From Eledone cirrhosa (taxonomy: Eukaryota): a stretch of 64,000 nucleotides of DNA. Below are positions 48,205-60,700 of this stretch, in pieces (position 1 is the stretch's first letter; the number at the start of each line of letters is the position of its first letter). The position numbers were made by a program, and so were the translations under genes. Location of the stretch: the NCBI GenBank assembly GCA_964016885.1, contig OZ024741.1, forward strand, positions 158,844,001 to 158,908,000, written 5' to 3'. The notes below the pieces were generated by a model, which was not told where the DNA came from, searched no databases, and worked only from the letters and a program-made list of their open reading frames with translations.

Positions 48205-48540
48205 TAATTTTTTAGGCAAGCCAACACACTCGCAGCATCACCATGGCTGATGGCAAGGTTAAGGTGCTTGCATAACGAAGTATCCTCACAGGTATTACCG
48301 AATACCTTGGCAAATTGAGCCGCCAATAATGATGAGAACTTCGTTGCTGCAGCCCATCTCTCCCAAACGTCTAGAACGCCACAGAAAAAAAAAAAAATTT
48401 GTTGATAATTCCTGGTATTTTAGGTAAATTAATGTTTGGACATTCGCCTTTTTCAAAGAAAAACCAGTGTTGCTGGAGTGAGCTGCCTTTAAACATGACT
48501 CAGCCCCTACATTTGCGTTTGCGCTACATAACATTTTTTT
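48205..48540 (-). mobile_element. Decayed C-terminal RLE region of a CRE-like non-LTR retrotransposon
   Basis: Across frameshifts: KYQELSTNFFF, ETFGR, WAAATKFSSLLAAQFAKVFG, KHLNLAISHGDAASVLAC. This resembles the CRE-type KY..L...F.P.A.ET.G.WG...QRLS.A.QRGNAA pattern. Confidence 0.55.
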
Positions 48541-48867
48541 TAAAAATAGGAATATTAGAGTTATTCCCCTTACATAATTTTCATATAATTGAGTGTGAAA
48601 CGATTTAAATTAACCTGGCGTTGTTGTTGCTGCCATTGTTGTTGTTTAACACAGATCAGCTCTTATCGAGATCAAAGAAGTGACAACTGTGACCACACTA
48701 TTCATTTTTTAGGGATTGTGTACCGTGAACTATATTATTTTATGTGTCCATTTTTAAAATCTAAACATGAAGAATCAAGCCTGATTATGAAGACGGTACA
48801 TCGATGTAATCCCGAGGATACCAAATACTTTGATTAACGATGACACTAACGCAGTGTGATTCAGAAT

Positions 48868-48909
<42 letters not shown>

Positions 48910-48934
48910 AACATACATTTAGTTACACACATTT

Positions 48935-49230
48935 GTTTTGGACCTCCGTCGGTTGCAGCGTCGAGCACCCCTGCTTGTGAAATTAACGTGCATGTGGTTG
49001 AACATTCCATAGACACGTACTCTTAACGACCTTCTCAGGGAGATTCAGTGAGACACTTGGTGTGACAAGGTCGGCCCATTGAATTACAGGCACAACATTT
49101 TTGCTAGCTGAATAAACTGGAGTAACGTGAAATAAAGTGTTTTACTGATGGACACAGCACACTGCAAGGAATCGAACTCACGACCTTGCAGTCGAAGCCG
49201 AACACCCTAATCACTAGGCCATGTGCCTTC
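48935..49230 (-). mobile_element. Full tRNA-derived SINE (family C head; related head at 51436-51550, plus strand)
   Basis: Minus strand gaaggcacatggcctagtgattagggtg (A box), gagttcgattcc (B box), acactttatttcacgttactccagttta core as at ~29225. Confidence 0.75.
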
Positions 49231-49293
49231 ACAGTCCTACACACACACACACGTAGATAATCACACAGGTACATGCACATACACGCACACACA

Positions 49294-49975
49294 AATGTCA
49301 ATTCTCTCAACTGACTACTGCAAGTCACAGATGTCAACTCTCTCAACTGACCACTGTAAGTGACAGATGTCAACTCCCTCAACTGACCACTGCAAGTGAC
49401 AGATGTCAACTCCCTCAACTGGCTATTGCAAGTGACAGATGTCAACTCCCTCAACTGACCACTGTAAGTGACAGATGTCAACTCCCTCAAATGACCACTG
49501 CAAGTGACAGATGTCAACTCCCTCAACTGACCACTGCAAGTGACAGATGTCAACTCCCTCAACTGACCACTGCAAGTGATAGATGTCAACTCTCTCAACA
49601 GGCCACTGCAAGTCACAGATGTCAACTCTCTCAACTGGCTACTGCAAGTCACAGATGTCAACTCTCTCAACAGGCCACTGCAAGTCACAGATGTCAACTC
49701 TCTCAACTGGCTACTGCAAGTCACAGATGTCAACTCCCTCAACTGACCACTGCAAGTGACAGATGTCAACTCTCTCAACAAGCCACTGCAAGTCACAGAT
49801 GTCAACTCTCTCAACTGGCTACTGCAAGTCACAGATGTCAACTCCCTCAACTGACCACTGCAAGTGACAGATGTCAACTCTCTCAACTGACCACTGCAAA
49901 TGACAGATGTCAACTCCCTCAACTGGCTAGTGCAAGTGACAGATGCCAGCTGTTACATTTGATCACTGCAAGTGA
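49294..49975 (+). repeat. 36-bp minisatellite, ~18 copies
   Basis: Unit cagatgtcaactccctcaactgaccactgcaagtga. Confidence 0.95.
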
Positions 49976-50039
49976 GAGGCTTCATCTGACCCCATAAAAA
50001 AACAAACAACCCCTATATAAAATAAAAGATGCTGCTTAC

Positions 50040-50262
50040 CTCTATTCGGTCAAAGTTCCGATGGTGTTGAATTGCATCGATATCTTCATCGCTGTTGGAG
50101 AACTCTCCGCTGGACCAACCTTCGTCTATGATCCCGTCTCCCGGAGGAGATTCTAGCGGGGAATTCATTTCTAAACCAACAGGGACTGTAGGGGCACTGC
50201 CAGTAGAATGGCTCATTGACCGTGTATGCCAGCTGTCGCCGCTACTGAAATTGAAACGGGCT
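50040..50262 (-). CDS. Host-gene exon, Ser/Pro/acidic linker upstream of the SH3 exon
   Basis: Open frame ARFNFSSGDSWHTRSMSHSTGSAPTVPVGLEMNSPLESPPGDGIIDEGWSSGEFSNSDEDIDAIQHHRNFDRIE in a GC-rich island. Donor gag|gtaagc is phase 0, matching the SH3 exon acceptor. Acceptor ctctttttctcatgatcag; alternative tttcag at 50245. Confidence 0.75.
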
Positions 50263-50684
50263 CTGATCATGAGAAAAAGAGAAAAGTCACGTATAATTCA
50301 GTCTTTTTTTTTTTTTTTCATTATTGAAGGTAGGGGGATGGGAAGGGGAGGATGACATATATTTACATATTTAGTAAAATTGTATATTTTATAATTATTA
50401 AATTTTTGTAGAAATTGTATATTTATAAAAATTGTATCTTTGTAAAAAAAAATTCTGTTTTTTAATTTTATTTTTGCAAAAATTGTACTTTTGTAAAAAC
50501 TGTATTTTTCAAAAAATTACAATTTTGTAAAAAAATGTATTTTTGCAGAACTGTAATTTTTGTAAAAATTGTATTTTTATAAAAGTACATTTATTCAAAA
50601 ATTATATATTTTAAAATTAAAACTAAAACATAGTTATAAAAAAATATTTATGTCATCAAAATAGAAAAATACTTAGCCCCATTC

Positions 50685-50895
50685 AATCCCCCAATAAAAC
50701 AGTTGGCTGCTCTCCACCTCACCCCCACCAAAATAGCTAGGCTTTCTCCATCCCCCACTAAAAAAAACAGCTGGCTTCTCTCTATCCCCCACTAAAAACA
50801 GCTGACTCCTCCCCCACCTACCACTAAAATAACTGGGTCTCTTTCCACCCCTAAACTAAAAGAGCTGGCCTCTCTCAATCCCCTACTAAAAGTCC
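50685..50895 (+). repeat. Degenerate ~30-35-bp tandem repeat
   Basis: Recurrent ccccactaaaa.cagctgg.ctctct motif, 6-7 copies. Confidence 0.6.
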
Positions 50896-51551
50896 CTCAT
50901 ATACCATTACAGCAATGGTTTTAGGTAATTTTACCTAAAATTTCTGAACTTAATAAAGGTTAGTTTGAGTCATCTGTAAAACACATATTAATACTCTCAT
51001 ACCCGTTCTAAAACATCAGATGGATGTTACTTCTTGGTACCAGCAGACAGAATTGTGAATGTGTTATTCTGGAGGATAACGGAAAATGTGCTGAAAGAGC
51101 TAGTCCCACATGTAGGACTCATTCTTGCAGATAGCCATCTTGATTCCAATTGCAGTATGTAGATAGGTGGTTCAGGGACCTAGGATGCCAGAGTTTCCAA
51201 TGCTATGGGTTCAATGTTAATCCTACCAAAGAGTGGCTAGTACTCTGCTCAGAATCTTCATTCTGCCAGGGGATAAAAACCTTGGTCTGATATTGATGTT
51301 TCAATATTATGATTTAGTTATACAAATTCTTCACATTTCATATATACTATGAAAATATAACATGTTTACTTTGACATGTGTGTATATGTGTGCATGTCTA
51401 TTTACATTTATTTATCTGTGTATTTGTGTGTGAGTGAAGACACGTGGTCTTTTGGTTAGGTTGTTGTGTTTACAATTGTAATGTCATAAGCTTGATTCTT
51501 GGAGGAGCAAGTGGTGTATCGTGTTCTTGAGCAAATCACTTTATTGCTCGA

Positions 51552-51918
51552 TAGGGGTGATGGAGATAGTGGTGGTAGCGGGGATATCAAGATAGATGAT
51601 GGAGGTGGTGATATCAAGATAGATGAAAGTAGTGATGATAGTAATGATGATAGTGATAATATCAAGAGAGATGATTGTAATGATGATAACGGTGGTGGTG
51701 GTGATATCAAGATAGATGATAGTAATGAAGGTGAAGGTGGTGGGGGTGATAATATCAAGATAGACAATATTTATGATGGTAGTGGTGATATCAAGATAGT
51801 TGATAATAATGATGGTGGTGGTGATAGTGGTGGGGATATCCAGAAAGATGATAGTAACGATGGTGAAGGTTGTGGTGATGATGATGATAGTGAGGGAGAT
51901 GACAATAATGATGGTGGA
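51552..51918 (+). repeat. Degenerate (GAT/GGT) repeat with recurring gatatcaagatagatga motif
   Basis: Direct reading; follows a SINE head. Confidence 0.75.
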
Positions 51919-52514
51919 AATTTGTTACTCTTATGCATCAACCTGTTCAGCTTCTATTTTATCTCATGTAAAATAGCTACTTTAGCAATCCCTTTCTGGA
52001 GTACTCTTCTAATCTCTGGTTTATTTGCACACCCACTATAGTAACCCTCCACCTTTTCTTCATACTAATAAGAGAGAAAAAATATCTTATGCAACCAAAC
52101 ACTCATATGTAAAATATATGAATATGAGGTTTGAGAGGACTCTTTAGTCTGGTGAAACATGTATCAACCTTCTACATTAGAATATACTGGTTATACATGC
52201 CTCTAATATTCACTGTTGTCTGAAGTTCAGTAATGTGTAACTCAATGTAAGAATGAGTGAAGTTAATGGAATTTGCTACACAGAGACTTTACAGGTAAGG
52301 CTAAACACAGTCATAGTTTGGCTGTTTGGTTAATAAGTTTGCTTCATAGCCCTATGTTTTTAGGGTTGATCCTACCTTGTGGAATCTTCAAGTATAGCCT
52401 CAGGCTGCCAATGATTTGTGTGTATAATTGCTTGATGAAAATTGCACAGGAGCCTGTTGCCTATATGTGTGTCATTATCAACATCATCCGTTTTTTCTGC
52501 TAGCAAGAAATATC

Positions 52515-53045
52515 ACCATCATCATCATTTAATATCAGTGTTCCCAGCAAGAAAGAGTTGAATGGGTCTTCACAAACTAAGTCAGTACTCAACTGGAACT
52601 GTCAATCTCTCAGATGAGCTGGGGTCTGCATCTTACTTACATACATTCCTGCATTCTACTGAATGCATTTTATCATGACACCAGCATCAGGGAGGTTGTC
52701 ATGTCTTTAATGCAGCAGAAAAGTCCTCCCAAACTATTGTTGGGTAGGTTTTCTATGGCTGGATGCCCTTCCTATAACCAGCCATTTTACAGAATGTACT
52801 GGGTGTGCATTTAGATCACCAACACTAGATAGATTGCCATGTTTTTGACATAACTGAAGAGCCATTCCAGTCATTTGTTTGACATGGTTTCCATAGCTAG
52901 ATTTCATTCCTAACTACTTTACAGCATGTACTGGGTGAATTTTATTATGGTACAAGCACAAGCATCTTACAGGATAAACTGGATGCTTTTATTGTGGTAC
53001 GAACACTATCATTTTACAAAGTAGCTGGAGGATTTTTTTTATTAT
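52515..53045 (-). mobile_element. Stack of decayed RTE-tail/SINE 3' fragments
   Basis: (CAT)n tail, tttctatggctggatgcccttcct (reverse of the RTE 3' motif), and repeated ttttacag..tgtactgggtg blocks. Similar at 38285-38480 and 42990-43270. Confidence 0.5.
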
Positions 53046-53054
53046 GGTACCAAT

Positions 53055-53337
53055 CAGGGCCAGCGCCTGACTATCTGGCACCCTAGGCAAGGTTCGATTC
53101 TGCCCCCTCCTCCATGAAAATGTTAATTTCAAAATTTATAAACAATAAATTAAAAAAAAAAATGCTAACATTTATTTGTCCCTATATGGAATAAACCGGG
53201 ATAAAAAACGACCCTCAATAAAACTAAAATTTATTTATTTATTTTTCAAAAATTGTTGTTGATTTGGAGAAATGCAGCCCCTGAAATCAGCACCCTAGGT
53301 GGCTGCCTAGTTTTCCTATATGGTAGCGCTGGCCCTG
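53055..53337. mobile_element. hAT-like MITE
   Basis: 12-bp perfect TIR cagggccagcgc / gcgctggccctg; 8-bp TSD gtaccaat (53047-53054) / gtaccaac (53338-53345), 7/8 match. Confidence 0.85.
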
Positions 53338-53832
53338 GTACCAACACTACCACGTTACAGATTGGACTGGTTACATTTCACCATAGTACTAGCGTTACCA
53401 CTTGACAAAAACAAGGATGCTCATTGTGTCCTTGGCCAGGCTAAGAAAGGCAGTGATGGGAGTCAGAGTTTAAGATGAGAGAGTGTATATGGTGGGGAGG
53501 CATCAAATAACATATTGGTTGCTGAGAGAGAGAATCATCTCACAGTGGGAAATATGTGTGTATGCGTTGGAGGTGTATTTGTCTGCACATGTCTTCAAAT
53601 TAACACTGACTGTCAGTCAAGAACCTTTCTCTATGTGCTACAGTTCAGTGCTTCTACATGTGAAGTTCAATGGAATAAAGTACCTTACTTAAAAAGTAAG
53701 TGTTAGATCAATACTGTCTCAAGAAGTGTTATCTAACTCATACCAGCGTGGTAAAAGGGATGTAAAAATGATGTCGATGGTAATGTATACGCAACCATAC
53801 ACACACATGTATAGACTAATAAAACAAATATT

Positions 53833-53908
53833 TGTTTCTACCTTTAGCACAAGGCCAGCAATTACCCCAGTGCATTACTGGTACTTTATTTTATCGACCC
53901 CGTAAGGA
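53833..53908 (-). mobile_element. 3' half of a family-A SINE
   Basis: gcacaaggccagcaattaccccagtgcattactggtactttattttatcgaccccgtaaggat. Confidence 0.75.
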
Positions 53909-54705
53909 TAGAGAGAGGTAGAGATGGAAGACATGGGAGAGAAAGAGGGGGACAAAGAGAGAGAAGGGTAAGTGAGATAGAAAGAAAGAAAGTGAGAGAG
54001 AAAGAAGTTAAGTGAGAGAAAAAGATGAGAGAAAGAAAGAGAGAAGAGAGTAAAAAAAGTAATAAAAAGAGGCAAGTAAGAGAGAGAAGGGGGAAGAAAA
54101 AGAAGGAAAATGAGCAAGTAAAATAGAATAAGAAAGAGAGAAGGTGAGATTGAGAGAGGAAAATGAGAGAGAAGGAAATTGTGAGAAAGAAGCCAGGTGA
54201 GAGAGATAGTGATGGTGGTGGTGGTGGTGATGGTGTGTGGTGGTGATGGCGTGTGGTGGTGGTGGTGGTGATGGTGTGTGGTAGTGGTGGTGGTGGTGAT
54301 GGTGTGTGGTAGTGGTGGTGGTGATGGTGGTGGTGATGGTGTGTGGTAGTGGTGGTGGTGATGGTGACGGCGTGTGGTAGTGGTGGCGGTGATAGCATGT
54401 GGTAGTGGTGTATAATGTATATATAGTAGAAAGGTGATCAATTATCAATTTGACAATGGTAGCGGTAGTGGTGGTGGTGTAGATGGTAGGGATAATGGTG
54501 TTGGTGATGGTGGTGGTGTTGGTGATGGTAGTAGTGTTGGTGGTAGTGAAAATGGTGTTGATGATGATGATGATGATGGTGTTTATGGCGGTGTTGGTGA
54601 TGAAGCTGATGTAGATAGTGGTGGTGGTGGTGATCACAAACATAGTGACAGTGATGATAGTAATGGTAGTAATAATAAGGATGATAGTAACGATGAAAAT
54701 TAAAT
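53909..54705 (+). repeat. Purine-rich (AG) tract followed by (GGT/GAT)n low complexity
   Basis: Direct reading. Confidence 0.85.
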
Positions 54706-54709
54706 GTAA

Positions 54710-57700
54710 TGATGTTGGCTATGTTTGAGTTAATGGTGGTGGAGGTGATGTTGGCTATGTTTGAGGTGGGGGTGGAGGTGATGTTGGCTATGTTTGAGGT
54801 GGGGTGGTGGTGATGTTGGCTATGTTTGAGGTGGTGGTGGTGGTGATGTTGGCTATGTTTGAGGTGGTGGTGGTGGTGATGTTGGCTATGTTTGAGGTGG
54901 GGGTGGAGGTGATGTAGGATATGTTTGAGGTGGTGGTGGTGGTGATGTTGGCTATGTTTGAGGTGGGGGTGGTGGTGATGTTGGCTATGTTTGAGGTAAT
55001 GGTGGTGGTGATGTTGGCTATGTTTGTGGTGGGGGTGGTGGTGATGGTGGTGATGTTGGCTATGTTTGAGTTAATGGTGGTGGAGGTGATGTTGGCTATG
55101 TTTGAGGTGGTGGTGGTGGTGGTGATGTTGGCTATGTTTGAGGTGGGGTGGTGGTGATGTTGGCTATGTTTGAGGTGGTGGTGGTGGTGGTGATGTTAGC
55201 TATCTTTGAGGTGGTGGTGGTGGTGATGTTGGCTATGTTTGAGGTGGTGGTGGTGGTGATGTTGGCTATGTTTGAGGTAATGGTGGTGGTGATGTTGGCT
55301 ATGTTTGAGGTGGGGTGGTGGTGATGTTGGCTATGTTTGAGGTGGGGTGGTGGTGATGTTGGCTATGTTTGAGGTGGGGGTGGAGGTGATGTTGGCTATG
55401 TTTGAGGTGGGGTGGTGGTGATGTTGGCTATGTTTGAGGTGGGGGTGGTGGTGATGTTGGCTATGTTTGAGGTGGTGGTGGAGGTGATGTTGGCTATGTT
55501 TGAGGTGGGGGTGGTGGTGATGTTGGCTATGTTTGGGGTGGGGGTGGAGGTGATGTTGGCTATGTTTGAGGTGGGGTGGTGGTGATGTTGGCTATGTTTG
55601 AGGTGGAGGTGGAGGTGATGTTGGCTATGTTTGAGGTGGGGTGGTGGTGATGTTGGCTATGTTTGAGGTGGTGGTGGTGGTGGTGATGTTGGCTATGTTT
55701 GAGGTGGGGAGGTGGTGATGTTGGCTATGTTTGAGGTGGGGTGGTGGTGATGTTGGCTATGTTTGAGGTGGTGGTGGTGGTGATGTTGGCTATGTTTGAG
55801 GTGGGGTGGTGGTGATGTTGGCTATGTTTGAGGTGGTGGTGGTGGTGATGTTGGCTATGTTTGAGGTGGGGTGGTGGTGATGTTGGCTATGTTTGAGGTG
55901 GTGGTGGTGGAGGTGATGTTGGCTATGTTTGAGGTGGTGGTGGTGGTGGTGTTGGCTATGTTTGAGGTGGGGTGGTGGTGATGTTGGCTATGTTTGAGGT
56001 GGTGGTGGTGGTGATGTTGGCTATGTTTGAGGTGGGGTGGTGGTGATGTTGGCTATGTTTGAGGTGGTGGTGGTGGAGGTGATGTTGGCTATGTTTGAGT
56101 TAATGGTGGTGGAGGTGATGTTGGCTATGTTTGAGGTGGTGGTGGTGGTGATGTTGGCTATGTTTGAGGTGGGGTGGTGGTGATGTTGGCTATGTTTGAG
56201 GTGGTGGTGGTGGTGATGTTGGCTATGTTTGAGGTGGGGTGGTGGTGATGTTGGCTATGTTTGAGGTGGTGGTGGTGGTGATGTTGGCTATGTTTGAGGT
56301 AATGGTGGTGGTGATGTTGGCTATGTTTGAGGTGGGGTGGTGGTGATGTTGGCTATGTTTGAGGTGGGGGTGGAGGTGATGTTGGCTATGTTTGAGGTGG
56401 GGTGGTGGTGATGTTGGCTATGTTTGAGGTGGGGGTGGAGGTGATGTTGGCTATGTTTGAGGTGGGGTGGTGGTGATGTTGGCTATGTTTGAGGTGGTGA
56501 TGTTGGCTATGTTTGAGGTGGGGGTGGTGGTCATGTTGGCTATGTTTGAGGTGGTGGTGGAGGTGATGTTGGCTATGTTTGAGGTGGGGGTGGTGGTGAT
56601 GTTGGCTATGTTTGAGGTGGGGGTGGAGGTGATGTTGGCTATGTTTGAGGTGGGGTGGTGGTGATGTTGGCTATGTTGAGGTGGTGATGTTGGCTATGTT
56701 TGAGGTGGGGGTGGTGGTCATGTTGGCTATGTTTGAGGTGGTGGTGGAGGTGATGTTGGCTATGTTTGAGGTGGGGGTGGTGGTGATGTTGGCTATGTTT
56801 GAGGTGGGGGTGGAGGTGATGTTGGCTATGTTTGAGGTGGTGGTGGAGGTGATGTTGGCTATGTTTGAGGTGGGGTGGTGGTGATGTTGGCTATGTTTGA
56901 GGTGGTGGTGGAGGTGATGTTGGCTATGTTTGAGGTGGGGTGGTGGTGATGTTGGCTATGTTTGAGGTGGGGTGGTGGTGATGTTGGCTATGTTTGAGGT
57001 GGGGTGGTGGTGATGTTGGCTATGTTTGCGGTGGGGGTGGAGGTGATGTTGGATATGTTTGAGGTGGGGTGGTGGTGATGTTGGCTATGTTTGAGGTGGG
57101 GGTGGAGGTGATGTTGGCTATGTTTGAGGTGGTGTGGTGGTGATGTTGGCTATGTTTGCGGTGGGGGTGGAGGTGATGTTGGATATGTTTGAGGTGGTGG
57201 TGGTGGTGATGTTGGCTATATTTGAGGTGGGGGTGGTGGTGATGTTGGCTATGTTTGTGCTGGGGGTGGTGGTGATGTTGGCTATGTTTGAGGTGGTGGT
57301 GGTGGTGATGTTGGCTATGTTTGAGTTAATGGTGGTGGAGGTGATGTTGGCTATGTTTGAGGTGGTGGTGGTGGTGGTGATGTTGGCTATGTTTGAGGTG
57401 GGGTGGTGGTGATGTTGGCTATGTTTGAGGTGGTGGTGGTGATGTTGGCTATCTTTGAGGTGGTGGTGGTGGTGATGTTGGCTATGTTTGAGGTGGTGGT
57501 GGTGGTGATGTTGGCTATGTTTGAGGTAATGGTGGTGGTGATGTTGGCTATGTTTGAGGTGGGGTGGTGGTGATGTTGGCTATGTTTGAGGTGGGGGTGG
57601 AGGTGATGTTGGCTATGTTTGAGGTGGGGTGGTGGTGATGTTGGCTATGTTTGAGGTGGTGATGTTGGCTATGTTTGAGGTGGGGGTGGTGGTGATGTTG

Positions 57701-60700
57701 GCTATGTTTGAGGTGGGGAGGTGGTGATGTTGGCTATGTTTGAGGTGGGGTGGTGGTGATGTTGGCTATGTTTGAGGTGGTGGTGGTGGTGATGTTGGCT
57801 ATGTTTGAGGTGGGGGTGGAGGTGATGTTGGCTATGTTTGAGGTGGGGTGGTGGTGATGTTGGCTATGTTTGAGGTGGTGGTGGTGGTGATGTTGGCTAT
57901 GTTTGAGGTGGGGTGGTGGTGATGTTGGCTATGTTTGAGGTGGTGGTGGTGGTGGTGATGTTGGCTATGTTTGAGGTGGGGTGGTGGTGATGTTGGCTAT
58001 GTTTGAGGTGGGGTGGTGGTGATGTTGGCTATGTTTGAGGTGGTGGTGGTGGTGATGTTGGCTATGTTTGAGGTGGGGGTGGAGGTGATGTTGGCTATGT
58101 TTGAGGTGGGGTGGTGGTGATGTTGGCTATGTTTGAGGTGGGGTGGTGGTGATGTTGGCTATGTTTGAGGTGGGGGTGGAGGTGATGTTGGCTATGTTTG
58201 AGGTGGTGGTGGTGGTGATGTTGGCTATGTTTGAGGTGGTGGTGGAGGTGATGTTGGCTATGTTTGAGGTGGGGGTGGAGGTGATGTTGGCTATGTTTGA
58301 GGTAATGGTGGTGGTGATGTTGGCTATGTTTGAGGTGGGGTGGTGGTGATGTTGGCTATGTTTGAGGTGGGGGTGGAGGTGATGTTGGCTATGTTTGAGG
58401 TGGGGTGGTGGTGATGTTGGCTATGTTTGAGGTGGTGATGTTGGCTATGTTTGAGGTGGGGGTGGTGGTGATGTTGGCTATGTTTGAGGTGGGGAGGTGG
58501 TGATGTTGGCTATGTTTGAGGTGGGGTGGTGGTGATGTTGGCTATGTTTGAGGTGGTGGTGGTGGTGATGTTGGCTATGTTTGAGGTGGGGGTGGAGGTG
58601 ATGTTGGCTATGTTTGAGGTGGGGTGGTGGTGATGTTGGCTATGTTTGAGGTGGTGGTGGTGGTGATGTTGGCTATGTTTGAGGTGGGGTGGTGGTGATG
58701 TTGGCTATGTTTGAGGTGGTGGTGGTGGTGGTGATGTTGGCTATGTTTGAGGTGGGGTGGTGGTGATGTTGGCTATGTTTGAGATGGGGTGGTGGTGATG
58801 TTGGCTATGTTTGAGGTGGTGGTGGTGGTGATGTTGGCTATGTTTGAGGTGGGGGTGGAGGTGATGTTGGCTATGTTTGAGGTGGGGTGGTGGTGATGTT
58901 GGCTATGTTTGAGGTGGGGTGGTGGTGATGTTGGCTATGTTTGAGGTGGGGGTGGAGGTGATGTTGGCTATGTTTGAGGTGGTGGTGGTGGTGATGTTGG
59001 CTATGTTTGAGGTGGTGGTGGAGGTGATGTTGGCTATGTTTGAGGTGGTGGTGGAGGTGATGTTGGCTATGTTTGAGGTGGTGGTGGTGGTGATGTTGGC
59101 TATGTTTGAGGTGGGGTGGTGGTGATGTTGGCTATGTTTGAGGTGGGGTGGTGGTGATGTTGGCTATGTTTGAGGTGGTGGTGGTGGTGGTGATGTTGGC
59201 TATGTTTGAGGTGGGGTGGTGGTGATGTTGGCTATGTTTGAGGTGGTGGTGGTGGTGGTGATGTTGGCTATGTTTGAGGTGGGGTGGTGGTGATGTTGGC
59301 TATGTTTGAGGTGGGGTGGTGGTGATGTTGGCTATGTTTGAGGTGGTGGTGGTGGTGATGTTGGCTATGTTTGAGGTGGGGGTGGAGGTGATGTTGGCTA
59401 TGTTTGAGGTGGGGTGGTGGTGATGTTGGCTATGTTTGAGGTGGGGTGGTGGTGATGTTGGCTATGTTTGAGGTGGGGGTGGAGGTGATGTTGGCTATGT
59501 TTGAGGTGGTGGTGGTGGTGATGTTGGCTATGTTTGAGGTGGGGTGGTGGTGATGTTGGCTATGTTTGAGGTGGGGTGGTGGTGATGTTGGCTATGTTTG
59601 AGGTGGGGGTGGAGGTGATGTTGGCTATGTTTGAGGTGGTGGTGGTGGTGATGTTGGCTATGTTTGAGGTAATGGTGGTGGTGATGTTGGCTATGTTTGT
59701 GGTGGGGGTGGTGGTGATGTTGGCTATGTTTGAGGTAATGGTGGTGGTGATGTTGGCTATGTTTGTGGTGGGGGTGGTGGTGATGTTGGCTATGTTTGAG
59801 GTGGTGGTGGTGGTGATGTTGGCTATGTTTGAGGTGGGGGTGGTGGTGGTGTTGGCTATGTTTGAGGTGGGGGTGGTGGTGATGTTGGCTATGTTTGTGG
59901 TGGGGGTGGTGGTGATGTTGGCTATGTTTGAGGTAGTGGTGGAGGTCATGTTGGCTATGTTTGAGGTGGGGGTGGAGGTGATGTTGGCTATGTTTGATGT
60001 GGGGGTGGAGGTGATGTTGGCTATGTTTGAGGTGGTGGTGGTGGTGATGTTGGCTATGTTTGAGGTGGGGTGGTGGTGATGTTGGCTATGTTTGAGGTGG
60101 GGTGGTGGTGATGTTGGCTATGTTTGAGGTGGTGGTGGTGGTGATGTTGGCTATGTTTGAGGTGGGGTGGTGGTGATGTTGGATATGTTTGAGGTGGTGG
60201 TGGTGGTGATGTTGGCTATGTTTGATGTAGTGGTGGAGGTCATGTTGGCTATGTTTGAGGTGGGGGTGGAGGTGATGTTGGCTATGTTTGAGGTGGGGGT
60301 GGAGGTGATGTTGGCTATGTTTGAGGTGGGGGTGGAGGTGATGTTGGCTATGTTTGAGGTGGGGGTGGAGGTGATGTTGGCTATGTTTGAGGTGGGGGTG
60401 GAGGTGATGTTGGCTATGTTTGAGGTAGTGGTGGAGGTGATGTTGGCTATGTTTGAGGTGGGGGTGGAGGTGATGTTGGCTATGTTTGAGGTGGTGGTGG
60501 AGGTGATGTTGGATATGTTTGAGGTGGGGGTGGAGGTGATGTTGGCTATGTTTAAGGTGGGGGTGGTGGTGATGTTGGCTATGTTTGATGTGGGTGTGGA
60601 GGTGATGTTGGCTATGTTTGAGGTGGTGGTGGTGGTGATGTTGGCTATGTTTGAGGTGGTGGTGGAGGTGATGTTGGCTATGTTTGAGGTGGGGGTGGAG

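Noticed and set aside
49104-49997. LRELTSVTCSGQ repeat ORF resembling a leucine-rich repeat
   Set aside because: A 36-bp minisatellite open in several frames that runs into a (CA)n tract and a SINE; there is no exon evidence.
51499-52041. Asp/Gly-rich 180-aa ORF
   Set aside because: It starts within a SINE head and consists of degenerate GAT/GGT repeats.
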